Shown here: one piece after another, positions 1 through 13,450 of the stretch
How positions within the stretch are numbered: position 1 is the stretch's first letter
Layout of the letters: each line of letters starts with the position of its first letter
Assembly (NCBI RefSeq): GCF_964194155.1
Contig: NW_027597516.1
Span: 1 to 64,000 of the forward strand
Length of the DNA: 64,000 nt
Reading direction: 5' to 3'
Source: Cetorhinus maximus
Taxonomy: Eukaryota
The notes under the pieces: model-generated
The model's database searches: none
Seen by the model: only the letters and a program-made list of their open reading frames with translations
What the model was told of the DNA's origin: nothing
Made by a program: the position numbers and the translations under genes

Positions 1-1600
1 GAGGAACTTAAAATAATCACCGTCACCAGGGACAAGGTTCTGGGAAAACTATTAGATTTAACAGCTAACAAGTCCACAGGACCTGATGGCCTACATCCTC
101 GGATTTTAAAGAAGTGGCTACAGAGATAGAGGCATTGGTTATAATCTTCCAAAATTCCTTAGATTCTGGAAGGGTCCCAGAGAATTGGAAAACAGCTAAT
201 GTAACATCTTTATTCAAGAAAGGAGGGAGACAGAAAGCAAGAAACTACAGGCCAGTTGGCCTAACCTCTATCATAGGGAAATTGCTAGAATCAATTATTA
301 AGGAGGTTATAACAAGATACTTAGAAAATCATAATGGGATCAGGCAGAGTCAACATGGTTTTGTGAAAGGAAAATTGTGTTTGATTAATTTATTAAGAAT
401 TATTTGAGGAAGTAACAAGCAAGGTGGATAAATGAGGAACCTATAGATATGGTGTCCTTGGGTTTCTAAAAGGTATTTGAAAGGGTGCCATATCAAAGGG
501 TACTCCATAAAATAAAAGGTCATGTGTAGGGGGTAACATATTAGCATGGATAAAGGATTGTTTAACTAACAGAAAGCAGAGTAGGGATAAATGGGTCTTT
601 TTTTTGGATAGGCAAGTTGTAATTGTTGGAGTGCCATAAGGATCAGTGCTGGGGCCTCAGCTATTTACAATCCATATCAATGACTTGGATGAAGGGACCG
701 AATGTATGTAGCTAAATTTATCGGTGACACCAAGGTAGGTATGAGAGTAAATTGTCGAGAGGGAGTAAAGAATCTACAAAGGGATTTAGATAGGTTAAGT
801 GAGTGAGCAAAAATTTGGCAGATGGAGTATAACATAGGAAAATGTGAACTTGCCCACTTTAGGAGGAAGAATAGAAAAGCAATATACTATTTATATGGAG
901 AGAGATTGCAGAGCTTGATGGTACAGAGGGTTCTGGGTGTCCTAGTACATGAATCACAAGAAGTTAGTATGCAGGTACAGCAAGTGATTAGGAAGGCAAA
1001 TATTATAAAAGAATATAAAAGTAGGGAAGTTTTACTGCAGCTGTATCGGGCCTTTGGTGAGGTCATACCTGGAGTACTGTGAACAGTTTTGGTTTTGTTA
1101 TTTGAAAAAAGGTATAATTGCATTAGAAGCAGTTCAGAGAAAGTTCAGTCAACTCATTCCTAGGCTTATCTTGTGAAGAAAGATTGAGCAAATTGGCCTA
1201 TATACATTGCAGTTTAAGAATGAGAGGTGATCTTAGTGAAACATTTAAGGCCCTAAGGGGACTTAATAGGGTGGCTGCCAGGAGAATGTTTCCTTTTGTT
1301 GGTGTGACTAGAACTAAGGTGCACAGTTTAAATATAAGAAGTCTCCCTTTTAAGAAGGAAATGAGAATTTTTTTTCTTTCAGAGGGTGGCTAGTCTGTGG
1401 AATTCTCTTCCCCAGCAAGCAGTGGAGGCTGGATCATTGAATTGATTCAAGGCTGAGTTAGTTAGATTTTTGATAGACAAAGAGTCAAATGCTTTGGGCG
1501 GCAGAAAGTGGAGTTGAGACCACATCAGATCAGCCATGAACTAATCGAATGGCAAGCAGGCACTGAGGGCAGAATGGCCAACGCCTGCTCTGATATTCCT
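1..1600 (+). mobile_element. CR1-clade LINE, decayed RT region and 3' end
   Basis: Fragmented ORFs carry CR1 ORF2 motifs (VPENWKTANVTSLFKKG, NYRPVGLTSIIGKLLE, SQHGFVKGKLCL, KEYKSREVLLQLY), with stops and frameshifts. Confidence 0.9.
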
Positions 1601-1895
1601 ATAAAGAGGTAGGTTTAAAGAAACATTTTAAAACGTGAAGTAGAGGCAGTGAGATTTAGGGAGGGAATTCCAGAACTTTAGAGCCTAGGCAGCTGTAGGC
1701 ATGGCTGCCAATGATGGAGCAAAGAGGGGGGTACATGAGAGACCAGAATTGGAGGAGCACAGAGATCTTGATGGATTGTGGGGCTGGGAGTGATTATAGA
1801 GACAGAGGGGCAAGGGAAGTCCGTGGAGAGGGGCAGTTAGTAACTGAGCATTCTTTCATCTCCATTAATGTGCACTCTTTCCTTTTCTATTACAG

Positions 1896-2078
1896 GCAGT
1901 ATGACCTGAGAGAGAGCAGCAAGCGCTCGCAGGTACTGGTGGACCTCACAGAATACTGCGGGCAGCATGTGGAAGCTAAATGCCTAGCCATTAATCCTCA
2001 GAACAATAACTACCTTGCTGTCGGGGCAAGTGGTCCCTTTGTGCGAGTCTATGACATTCGCATGATTCACAATCACAG
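1896..2078 (+). CDS. WDTC1: WDTC1 internal coding exon (WD40 region; first exon in window)
   Basis: tacag|G CAG TAT ... CAC AG|gtaagg. Encodes QYDLRESSKRSQVLVDLTEYCGQHVEAKCLAINPQNNNYLAVGASGPFVRVYDIRMIHNHR, matching human WDTC1. Confidence 0.96.
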
Positions 2079-3341
2079 GTAAGGTGGAAGTTGCTGGTAC
2101 AGTGAGAGCAACATGTACATGCTGTCCAGAATATTCCATTCAGAAAATGCTGCTTGTATCCAGAAATTGTATGTAATAAATTTCTGGGGTCCCTTCCAAC
2201 AGGAAGTGTGTGGCGAGCCCATTATTTCAGTTATAATAGATGCAGTGCCCCAAGTGTCACCCTTCCATTCAGTGCAAATTTAGGCCCTTCAGCTTGGAGA
2301 GAGTGAATTATTCCTGTTATACTGAGGTTCAGAAGAATGAGTGCCTGCTGTTTTGAGAGTTGATCCTTGTAAGAGTGGTTAGGACAATATCAGAAAATCA
2401 TTGTGTCCAGCATGCATCCCTACACTGTGTTTCTAATGCTTGGATTGCTGGGCCTTTGTTTTTTGAGGCATTGGCTGCCCTTGCCTCAGCCCACTGGTAA
2501 TTCTTCATGTATAAGCCTAGAAAGAGAGTATTGAAACAGTATCTCATGTTTTGAGCCCAATGCTGTCCTCATCAAATATCCATCCATATACAGAGCTTAA
2601 TAGGCTGCATGCAGGAGCAGGACCTTTGATTGTTTTCTGTTCTCCATGACCCAAAACACCTAAACCAGTTATCTCAGACCAACTGAGTTGAGCTGCCTGG
2701 TCATGGTCTGGGAGGTGAATCTTTGAACTTAGCAATTTGCTAATCTGTCATTAGAGATATTGTTCTTTTTTTGTGGCTGTGAAACTATCCACTGGGGCCC
2801 CAAAGCTGCGTGGAGTTAGTGGTTTTTGGACAAGTTGCTGAAAGTGACAGATTAACATTTGGATTGATACACCCTTCATCATGTCTAACATGTTGAGAAA
2901 GGAAATCTAACCTCAGCCGACTTCAAACATGGAGGCAAGAGGGTGATTGGTAATGGAGGGAGTTACTGTGAAATAATTCCCCTTGTTCCCTCTATCATGT
3001 CCAACACCATTCCATTGCTACCTCCTGTGCTCTGGTTGTCAGAAGACGTTGCACTCTGGTATCCTGGACAAAGCTGCCCCCTCCTGTTTATCTTCACCAT
3101 ATAAGGCCACATCATGGTGCAGCATTCAAAACATCCAATGGTATTTATGCAGTGCAAATTAATAGAATTCATGATATATGAATTCACTTATGTAAATTTT
3201 GGGATTAAAGCCATTTCTGTCAACTGAATGGAGGGTCACTGCGGTTTCTTGTCTGATTTCTCCCACCGCCTTCTATCGCTCTGCCGCCTCAATTCTTCGC
3301 TTTCTGTTGCGTGTAATCTTTTTCACTTTTCCTTTTGGTAG

Positions 3342-3436
3342 AAAAACAGCAAAGCAGAGCTCAACCCCTGGACTGCACACATTTTGCGACAGGTACAAGT
3401 CCGTGCCAGATGGAGCTGTTCAGTATTATGTAGCAG
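3342..3436 (+). CDS. WDTC1: WDTC1 coding exon
   Basis: ggtag|A AAA ... GCA G|gtatgc. Encodes KTAKQSSTPGLHTFCDRYKSVPDGAVQYYVAG; phase is compatible with neighbouring exons. Confidence 0.95.
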
Positions 3437-4770
3437 GTATGCAGCATTTGGTGTTCCCTCTTCATGTATGTTCCCAGGTTTGTTTACAGACCCCAAAACT
3501 ATGGTTACTTTTATTTTTCCAGTTTCAAAGTGATAATTTTTTTCCTCTCTATGTCCCTCTGTCTTTGTGTAGTATTAGTGGTCCTTGTGATACATCTGCT
3601 GAACCCTGGTGGCATATATTTGGGAACCCTAACCCAGCCCAGAACCAAGCCAAGTGCTTGTGGGGTATCTGACCTTGAGCTAATCTAATGAAGGTTGTAG
3701 CTGCTGAGAAATGGTATGTTCTTCATTACAGTAATTGAGGACCCATCAATAATCGGATGGCAGTTTTTGCACTGCATGAGCTCCATAAAATCTGATGTGA
3801 AGCATCAGAGAGTCCTCTGATTTCAGCCAGACAGTCTGAAGACTTCATTCATTTGCCACAGTAACTGATTCCTGTTTTGGGCTCAAAGACTTCGACCTGT
3901 TCCTAAGGTTTCAACACAGGAAAAGTCCAGCTTCTCACCAATCCTTTCTCTCTGCACAAATGCATCCAATTAATGGAGTTCTTTCCTATAACTCATTCCA
4001 TCATTAGACTTTTGTTGAAGTGAGTCTTGAATACAACAGCTGGCCACATGTAGAGTGCCTTTAATTTAAAACCTCCTATGGTGTTAACACGGTGTATGGA
4101 ATATAGGCATGAGCCAGGAATCGTGGGTAGTCAAAAGCCATGTGTTTGAGATTTGTAAAGGTGGTGAGAGTGGTCGAGATTTAGTGGGACTTTCCTGTAT
4201 GGATGCTGGAGGAAACAGTTGTTTGTGCTGAATATTGTGTGCAGGTCATGTTCACAAGATGTTAATCCTTTCCTGGAGCAGCTTGTCATTGTGACCGAAG
4301 TGTTGCTAATGGGTCTGTCTGTGGGGCCAGTAAGAGATGAATGAGAGGATGTGCAGTGTGTGACCAATGTTACTAAAGGATAAAACCTCAAACTAATCTG
4401 TTAATCCAACAGTAATTCTCCCTTGTCCCTGATAGCATACATCAGCTGTGTATTTTTAAAGATTTTTGTATCAGGTTTATTTACAACAAAATCACAGTTT
4501 AAACTTTAACCAGTGGGGAATTGTGTATCTATCCCTGTTCTGAACAGAGACCATCCATGACCCTAATTCTACATTCCTCTGATCACTTCCAGAATATTGG
4601 TGCTAGAAAGTGCATGTTTGGATCTTGAATGTGGTCATGTAATCCTCTTACAGTTGAATAGCTTCTCTTGCATTTGAATGGCTTGCCAGTACTGTCAGAG
4701 AGTCAATATGGCCTAAATGAGATTCTCTGGCTGTAGAGACATTTTCTTGATGTTCTGTAGCTTCTGGTTA

Positions 4771-4775
<5 letters not shown>

Positions 4776-4818
<43 letters not shown>
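4776..4818 (+). repeat. (CT)n microsatellite forming the polypyrimidine tract of the next WDTC1 exon
   Basis: Run of ctctct directly upstream of the acceptor AG at 4831-4832. Confidence 0.9.
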
Positions 4819-4832
4819 CCCCCCTCTTGTAG

Positions 4833-4948
4833 GTCATCTGCCAGTAAAACAGCCCGATTATAACAATCGCCTCCGTGTGCTCGTAGCCACTTATGTGGCA
4901 TTCAACCCTGATGGAACTGAACTCTTAGTCAACATGGGAGGGGAGCAG
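4833..4948 (+). CDS. WDTC1: WDTC1 coding exon
   Basis: tgtag|GT CAT CTG ... GAG CAG|gtagga. Encodes HLPVKQPDYNNRLRVLVATYVAFNPDGTELLVNMGGEQ. Confidence 0.96.
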
Positions 4949-4973
4949 GTAGGACAGAGGGCAATTCTTTAAA

Positions 4974-5862
4974 GGGCCTGAACTTCCTTGGAGTGGCAAT
5001 CAGTGTTGGATTGCCACTCCGTGCCTAATTTTTTACCTAAATTTTTTCCCAGCCTGTCTCGCCTGACCTTCTGACTCAGGCTGGGCAAGATCCGGGCAGT
5101 GCAGTGCATCCCTGGGGCCTAGTGTCGAACTGCAGCCGAGTCGAAGAGAAGGAGGCCACGCCCCTTTTTTCTGGCACTAGTTGCCGTAAACCAGATAAGT
5201 TTGAAGGTCCTTGACAGGCCAGGGATAAGGTAAGTGTCTAAGCTAATTGGATATGATTTGGGGAGGGGTTGTGAAGTCGGGGGGGATAGGTCAGAGGGGC
5301 TGGAGGATCGTGAGAGGTGGGCGGGGGTGGTCTGGCCTCGGATAGGCCGGGCCTGTGGGGATGGTTCGGAGGAGGGTATCGGGCCTCATGATGCGGGGGT
5401 GGTGTGCTTCAGGTCGGGCCTGGGGGCGTGGTGGTGGGGGGAGGGTGTTGGGCCTGATGGTGGGGGGTTGGGCAGTCAGGCCTCGAGGGGTGGGGGGGGT
5501 TGCTGTTGAGTCTGTGGATGTGAGAAGAGGGTGTTGGGCCTGGCGGGGTTGGTGGTGTGGGGGGAGTCCTGTGAGGGGTCAACCAGAGCCTGTACAATAG
5601 GTACCCAGAAATTGGAAGTAGTTTTACCCCTTTTAACTTTTTCTGGCTAACTATTGGTGTAACTCATTTGGAACCATTCCAAAGTTTACAATTGAATTCG
5701 TATTTCCGGATGGTTCTCAGTGCAGGGCAATTGCCCAGAGGAAGTTTGCACTTCTGGGCAATTGCCTTGCAAACCTTACCTGGGAACTTCTGAAGGGGAT
5801 TCCCCAGCGTTTCTTTGGGGTGCCCCCCAATACAACACTGGGGAACTTGGAAGTTACGGCCC
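4974..5862. mobile_element. Non-autonomous Harbinger-like DNA element (MITE)
   Basis: Termini GGGCCTGAACTTCC ... GGAAGTTACGGCCC (12/14 inverted match), G-rich interior, no transposase. The GGGC terminus resembles the Harbinger at 48395. Confidence 0.65.
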
Positions 5863-7071
5863 AATATCTTTATCTCCAAAGGAACCCAAGAAAAGTTGAC
5901 CAGTATTTGAGCCTTTTATATTAGGGTTTGAGCCTTTTATATTCGGGCCCTGTACACTGGGTGGATACTGCTCCCTAGGTCCTGTAGCTGGGGAGATACC
6001 CCTCCTCACACCCTGGGCCCTGTACCTGAGGGAGCACTCTACACCCACCCCCTCCCTGAACCAACTAGCAATCAATATTCACGCATTTTAAAAGCCATAC
6101 TTGTCCAAAAAATATACATAAAATCATTCTTTTCTTTGGCAAATTGTAACCTGCCCCTCTTCCATCATTTATAAAACCGCAAACTATTCCCAGGAGTCAG
6201 ATGGCTACAACAGTGCATGTTTTCCCACCACCGCTCCCCCAGCCCCGTAGAGCCATAGATGTAGAACAGAATGTTTTCTATCCCCTCCAATCGAAATCTG
6301 TGATTTGAATATGTTGAGGTAATTAATGGGATATAAGACAGGAACACTCATGCACAGTGCCTTGAAGGGGTGTTGATGAGTAATTACTCAGATATTGCAT
6401 GAGACATCACTGAGTATTCCTTTAGAAAGATTGCTTTAAAGTTCGAGGCAAACCAGACTGTTTGACAGGCTGGGGGCCGCTTGTACTTTGGGTATAAATT
6501 TAGATAAATATAGCTTGAGTTGCAATTGAGCAAAAAGTTGAAATGGAAATGTGCCAAATTTGCTGCACGCTTGTGTGACACAGCAGATAATGGCTGTGTG
6601 GGAGGGACAGGAACCCTCAACCATGAAAGAAATCTCCCTCCCACTCCCCATCTTACACTGTCCCTGCAAACATGATTTAGTTGCTAATTATGCCCATTGT
6701 TGATCAGCAGCAGAACAGTTGCTGTGGAAATGTTAAACTTGGAACACAAACAGAAATATTTCACACAAGTGGAACTCATTCAAAGCTTGCTGCATGTGCA
6801 TAAGTTAGAGCCTGCTTGGGTAGATTTTACCCTATTCCGTTTTCCTTCTTTGATTTTAAGGGAACTGTAGTATAACTGAAACATCCCATCCCGGATTCCT
6901 GATGTACATAAGGCAGAACGTTCATTCTTCCCATTTGCCAAGCTCCTTGTAGAGCTTTGTTGAAGGATTAATTAGTTGATTGGATGCTAGACTGCACTAA
7001 TCCAGTTTGGTTTTGCAGCTACACTGCACAAGTTAATTCACAGCAAGCAAATAAATGTCTCTCGTTTGCAG

Positions 7072-7147
7072 GTCTATTTGTTTGATCTGACGAATAAGCA
7101 AAAGCCCTACACATTTCTGCTACCCAAGAAGTGCCACTCCTCTACTG
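7072..7147 (+). CDS. WDTC1: WDTC1 coding exon
   Basis: tgcag|GTC TAT TTG ... ACT G|gtgagt. Encodes VYLFDLTNKQKPYTFLLPKKCHSST. Confidence 0.95.
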
Positions 7148-9419
7148 GTGAGTTGTTTAGTGTGTGTAATATCTGTGGCAGGTAAAGGGACAGTGAATGT
7201 TGTGCACCACACTGTCTAGCCTCCTTCATCCTCACTGCCCATGTCTGAGGTCCTCCCCAAGTATTTTCTGTACAAAATCTGAGACTGAGAGGGGACAGTT
7301 CCTGGGACTATCTCAAAACCAGTGGCTTGCAGGGGTGGATGGAAAAAAATTACAAACAACAATATGTTAATGACCAGATAATCTATTTTTTGTGTTGTTG
7401 ATTGAGGGATAAATTTTGGACAGGACACCACAGATAACTCAGATAAGCAGGGGTGGATATTTGGGACCATAATCCATGATGTCTGAAATGCCAAGGAAGA
7501 TCAATTAATAATATCTCAAAAATCTACATGCATCATTTGTTAACTTTTCCTTTATAAACCCCGTGTCCACATTTCTAATGGAAACTGCCTATGTAAACTT
7601 GTGATGCTATAATTACACTCTCCTGCCTGTGGGAATGCTGCAGTCCACTACTGGCAGTAGACGTAATTACACTGATACGGTGTACAGTTTCCATTAGAAA
7701 GGGGAAGCTACATACCTGCTTGACAGATAAAGAGATAAAAGGATATGCTGATAAAGTGAGCTGAAATTAATAGACTGGGTGCTTATGCAGGGTCTGTTAT
7801 GTTGTAAATTCTATAAAATATTTACTTACAGATGAGAACAAAATGTATGACTTTAAAAATGGGATTGACTCACATCTGTGCTCTTACTCAATTATCCCCC
7901 ACCCCAAACTTCACCTGAACTTCGCACATCTTCTCAGTCCATAGTTTTAGATGTTTTCCTGAGTAGCAGACATCGATACTAATATTGAAAAATGTAGGTT
8001 TCTCCAGGATTAAGTGACATGGGATTTTCATGTTTAGCAGGCACTGAAACCAGGGACAAAGGATCAAGATGAATTTGGATGAAGGCCCATCAATTCTTTT
8101 CACCTCATTTATTCAGAATACCAACTCTGCTATCTCCCTATTACAACACTGAAACAGACAGGCATAACCTTGTTTGAAGCTCCAACAACCTACTGCACTT
8201 AGCACAGTACTGAGTAGCCTAGAATATGTGTTCAAGCAGTCAGGCTTGAACTCTCAATCTTGTAACCCAGAGTTAGTGCTACCCACTGAGCCAAGCTGAC
8301 ATCCAGTTGACCAAAGTTCAGTGTTTTCATTGTAAGGTCAATAGATGTTGTGAGAAACCTGATTACAAAGTACTTTACTCACAAACTCTAACTCTGCTCA
8401 GGCCTTGGACAGAGTGCCAGCAGCTGCTATATTAGTGGTGGCCTCTTTCAAAAATCTGAGATTCCCAAATATCCCTGTAAGAGTCCCAAACATATGAAAG
8501 CCTAATTCCAGAGTTATGACATGGGGTCAACATCAGGAAGAACCAGAAACATCAGCTAGTGAATAGAAAAGTTAAAACTTGACTCAGAAAAGTGTATCCT
8601 TTTTAATTTCACAAATCCTTGACTGAAAGATACCACTATAGTAGTTCAAATGCTCTCGCTTCTCCCCTAGAATCCTGACAGTACCTGTGCATTTGCTCCC
8701 TTTCTGTAGAGATTCGTTAAAAGGCCCAAAATTGCAAATGCTGGAAACACTAAACGGGTATTCTGCTTGCTTCTGTGGGGAGAACAGACCAGCTTGATTT
8801 CAGTTATAGCGCCTTTGTCATGGAGGGTTCTTCTTCTTCGCCCTCTGATTCTTTCTCTACCCTGGTTCATTGTAATTGTTTATCTTTCTCTGTTCCCAAA
8901 CATCACACGCACGCGTGCGCACACACATACACTCATGGATTTAACCTGGGCGGTGCAGCCTTGCCGCTCATCAGGATTTTGATGATAGATCAGTATTGGG
9001 TTTGAGGGGCTAGTTTTGGATAATTTGAGTCTTGTGCTTCTCTATGTTTTATTCTATTTGTATTCAGTTTCTGTGTATTTTTTATTTTGTTCAGCATGTG
9101 AACTTTGATCTCACTGTTACAATCTGGTTAGGGAGAATTAACATTTAAAGAGAAATCCGAATACCTGTCTTTAACCAGTAGAACTATGCCACAAGATTTC
9201 ACTTTCTTTTTAAACAAAACACATACTTTATTGTAAAAGAGTAAAATAAAAGAATTAAATAAAACACACGCTATTAATTCAACATATAATTACATACGTT
9301 ATGCACTCAGGTTTACTTCTTACTTCCCCCAAGAATTCTCTCAAAAGACACACATGTTAAAGTTATTTACTTCTGCTGGGGCAACCCATAAAGAGTATCC
9401 ACCCTTTCAAATAAACATT

Positions 9420-10840
9420 TTAACCAGCTAGATCAGATCACCCTTGATCCTCTATACTCCAAGAAATATAAATCTAATCTGTCCTCGTAATTTAAACCCT
9501 TTAAGCCCTAGTATTATTCTGGAGATCCTGCGCTCACTGCTCCAAGACCAATATATTTTTGCTGAGGTACAGTACCTAAAACTGCACGCAGCACTCCAGA
9601 CACAGACTAACCAGGCTTTTCATACAACTGAGCATAACTTTCTAGCCTCCATGAGATAAAAGCCAACATTACATTCACTTTTGTAATTGTATTTTGTACT
9701 GTACTAGCTTTTAATTCCTATTCTCTTTGCTGATAGTTCCTAGTTTGTTCCTGGTTTCTCATTTAGAAAATGGTCAGATTTATCTTTGCGTCCAAAATGG
9801 ATGACTCGTACTTGCCCATACTGAGCTCCAGCTGCCACGGTTTTGCCTGTTCACTTAATTTGTCTCTAACTTGTTTTTTTTTCCGGAGTACTGAGACAAA
9901 CGATCCACCAGCAGCTCCAAGAAACAAAAATTGTGCTTCCGAAATCTCTTGATATCGATTCTGCACGGATAATGTGCAAGCGCCTCGTCCATGTGCTATT
10001 CACAGCAGAAACCCTTGTAGCTTCCTGTCTCCATCTGTACTAATTACTAGCCCCACCCAAATTTGTGTCATCTGCAAACTTGAATATACAATTTCTGTTC
10101 CTTCATCAAAGTCGTTGATAGATAAGCTAAGGCTCGAGAACACGTCCCTGAGAAAAAAACACTTATTACATCCTGGTAATCTGAGCACGTATGTTTTCTC
10201 CATACTCTCTCATCTCCCCCGCTCCAACCAATATCCAACTGAAGTTAATTGGCTACCTCCAATTTCCTTGAAATAAGTAGGAAAATGGAGTGGAGAGGGA
10301 TATAATTGATGAGCCACCGAAGGTTCTCAAGCTGTAAGGAAAGTAAATAAGGTTTAAGGAATTATTACTTGTCTAGTAAAGTATTAAGGCTCTGTAACTC
10401 AGTGTAATGTATGGCTTTGCTACATTTGCACTTGGATATGAAAGTGGTGCCAGAGGACTAGAGGGTTGCAAATATTGCATGCCTGTACAAAAAGGGAGAT
10501 TGAGGCACAAGAGGGGGTACAGAAGAAGACAATATGGAGGCAATCTATACTTTATTCTAATAGTTACAGAATGAGAATTCAGATCATTCATTTGAAAAAT
10601 AGTGACTCAAGGGATGAGACTTAATGTTTTTAAAATTGTAAATCATTTGGGTGTAACATTTTTGGATGACTATTGAAATGTATGGTGATAGATGCTGATA
10701 ACATTGACAAAGGGTTAGGTTAGCTGCCAGAGACTCAGTTCTTTCCATTCTGTTTGCTGACCTCAAGCAGGTTACCAGCGGATATAAGAAATCTTGAAAA
10801 TGCTTTAGGAGATCCTAAGGGAGGACATTAGGCTGTGGAA
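9420..10840 (-). mobile_element. Highly decayed CR1 LINE fragments
   Basis: Minus-strand remnants of RT motifs (INDFDEGTE, tgtgtcatctgcaaact = SKFADDT reversed). Confidence 0.6.
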
Positions 10841-11155
10841 GGTAGCTGTGATCTGGATGACCTATAATATCCAGCAGCTTGCTTGCCTTATGCAATCTGA
10901 AGGGAAGTTCCATCAAATTTTCCTGAAATTGACCGCAATTTCATTTTGTTTTTTTACGCTCCTTCCTCCCTTCCCAGGATTAACACTACAAACCACTGGT
11001 CTGCTCATGTGTGGAATAGATTACCATAAATGGTTATTGAAGCCATATTATTTAAATAGCAATAAAAACAGAAAATACTGGAAATACAACTGCTTCTGAT
11101 GTAAGGTCACAGACTTGAAACATCAACCCTGTTTCTCTCCACAGCTGCTGCCAGA

Positions 11156-13450
11156 CTATTGAACCATAGAAAGGTTACGGTGCTGAAAGAGGCCATTCAG
11201 CCCATTGTATCTGCACCAACCAAAAAAGAGAAGAAAAAAATCAGGCGCTTGTTTTAATCCCACTTTCCAGCATCTGGTCTGTAGCCTTGCAGTACAGCAC
11301 TTGAGGTGCACATCCATGTACCTTTTAAATGAGTTGAGTGTTTCAGCCTCAACCACCAATTCAGACAGTGAATTATAGATGCCCACCACCCTCTGGGTGA
11401 AAAGGTTTTTCTTCATGTCCCCTCTCATCCTTCGACCAATCACCTTAAATCTATTCTCCCTGGTAATTGACCCCTCAGCTAGGGGAAACAGGTCGTTCCT
11501 GTCTATCCTATCTAGGCCCCTCATAATTTTGTACACCTCAATTAGATCACTCCTCTGTTCTAATGAAAACAACCCTAGCCTATCCAATCTTTCCTCATAG
11601 CTGCAAATTTCAAGCCCTGGCAACATTCTTGTAAACCTCCTCGGTGCTCTCTCCAGAGTAATTATGTCCTTCCTGTAATGTGGTGACCAAAATTGTGTAC
11701 ACAATTCCAGCTGTGGCCTAACCAGCATTTTATACAGTTACAACATTAAATCCCTGCTGTTGTATTCAATACCTCGTACATTAAAGGAAAGCATTCCATA
11801 TGCTTTCTTGATCACCTTATCCACATGTCCTGCCACCTTCAGGGACCTGTGGACATGCACTCCAAGCTCTCTCATTCCCTCAACCCCTCTAAATATCCTC
11901 CCATTTATTGAGTATTCCCTTGCTTTGTTGCCCTCCCCAGATGTGTTACCTCACACTTTTTCAGATTGAATCTCATTTGATACTTTTCCGCCCACTCAAC
12001 CAAACCCTTGATATCATTCTGGAGACAACAGCTATCCTCTTCACTATCAACGGCCAATTTTTGTATCATCCGCAAATTTCCCGATCGTGTCTTCCACATT
12101 TAAATCCAAACAATTTAATCATATGCAACAATCAGCTAGGGCCCCAACACTCAGCCCTGTGGAATACCACTGGAAACCACTTTCCATTCTCAAAAACATT
12201 CTTCGGCCATTACCCTTTGTTTCCTGCCACTGAGCCAATTTTGGATCCAACTCATGTCTTTCCCCTGTATCCAATGGGATTTCACTTTTCTGACCAGTCT
12301 GCCATGTGGTACCTTGTCAGATGCCTTACTGAAATCCATGTAGACAACATCCACTACACTGCCCTCATCAGCCCTCCTTGTTATTTCCTCAAAAAATTAA
12401 TTTAAGTTAGTAAGACATAATCTTCCCCTAACAAAATCATGCTGACTATCCCTGACCAATCCGTGCCTTTCTAAGTGACAGTTTATCCTGTGTCTCGGAA
12501 CTGATTCCAATAATTTTCCCACCACAAAAATCAGGTTGACTGGCCTATAATTTTCTGGCCTATCCCTCGCACCCTTTTCAAATAATGGCACAACGTTTGC
12601 AGACCTTCAATCCTCTGGTATCTTGCCTGTATCTAATGAGGATTGGAAAATGATCCTCAGAGCATCCTCTCTTTGCTCCCTGGCTTCCTTTAACAGCCTG
12701 AGATACAATCCATCCAGCCCTGGTGATTTGTCCACCTTCAAGGGTGTCAGTCCCTCCAGTACTTCCTCTCTCATTATGCTTATTGTATCTAATATTTCAC
12801 ACTCCTCCTTGTCTGCATTATCCCTTTCCTTATTGAAGAAAGAGACAAAGTACTCATTGAGAACCCTATCCAAATCTTCAGCATCAACAAATAAGTTACC
12901 ACGTGCATCTCTGATAGGCCCTACCCTTTCCTTAGTTATTCTCTTGCTCTTAATGTACTGGTAAAACATGTTTGGGTTTTCTTTGATTTCACCTGCCAAT
13001 ATTTTTTCGTATCCTCTCTTTGCTTTCCTCATTTCCTCTTTTACTTCACCCTTGTACTTTCTATACTCCCCTAGGCTTTCTACAGTATTAATGACTGTCA
13101 TAAGCTTTCTTTTTCTGCTTTATTTTAACCTGTATGCTTCTGGATAAACAGAGGGCTCTAGATTTGGTGGACATGTCTACACTGTGCCCATAGATTCTCG
13201 CTTTTGAATGCCTCCCACATAAAACTGACACTGTTTTCCCTTCTGGTAGCTGTATCCAGTCCGCTTTCACCAGTTCACCTCGCAGCTTTATAAAATTTGC
13301 CTTCTCCCAATTTAGAACTTTTACTCCTGTTCTATCTTTGTCCTTTTCCATAATGATGCTAAATCTAACTGCATTATGGGTCACTATCTCCAAAATGGTC
13401 CCCCACTGCTACTTCATTCCCCTGTCCAGCTTCATTTCCTCCCCTCATTT
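11156..13450 (-). mobile_element. CR1 LINE (3' part), interrupted by the LINE at 13451
   Basis: Minus-strand ORFs: LVRPQLELCTQFWSPHYRKDI, PLFEKGARDRPENYRPV, KVDKSPGLDGLY, VLNWEKANF. Confidence 0.92.

Noticed and set aside
8665-8985. Possible MITE with AATCCTGA/TCAGGATT inverted ends
   Set aside because: The inverted match is short and no TSD is evident, so support is too weak.
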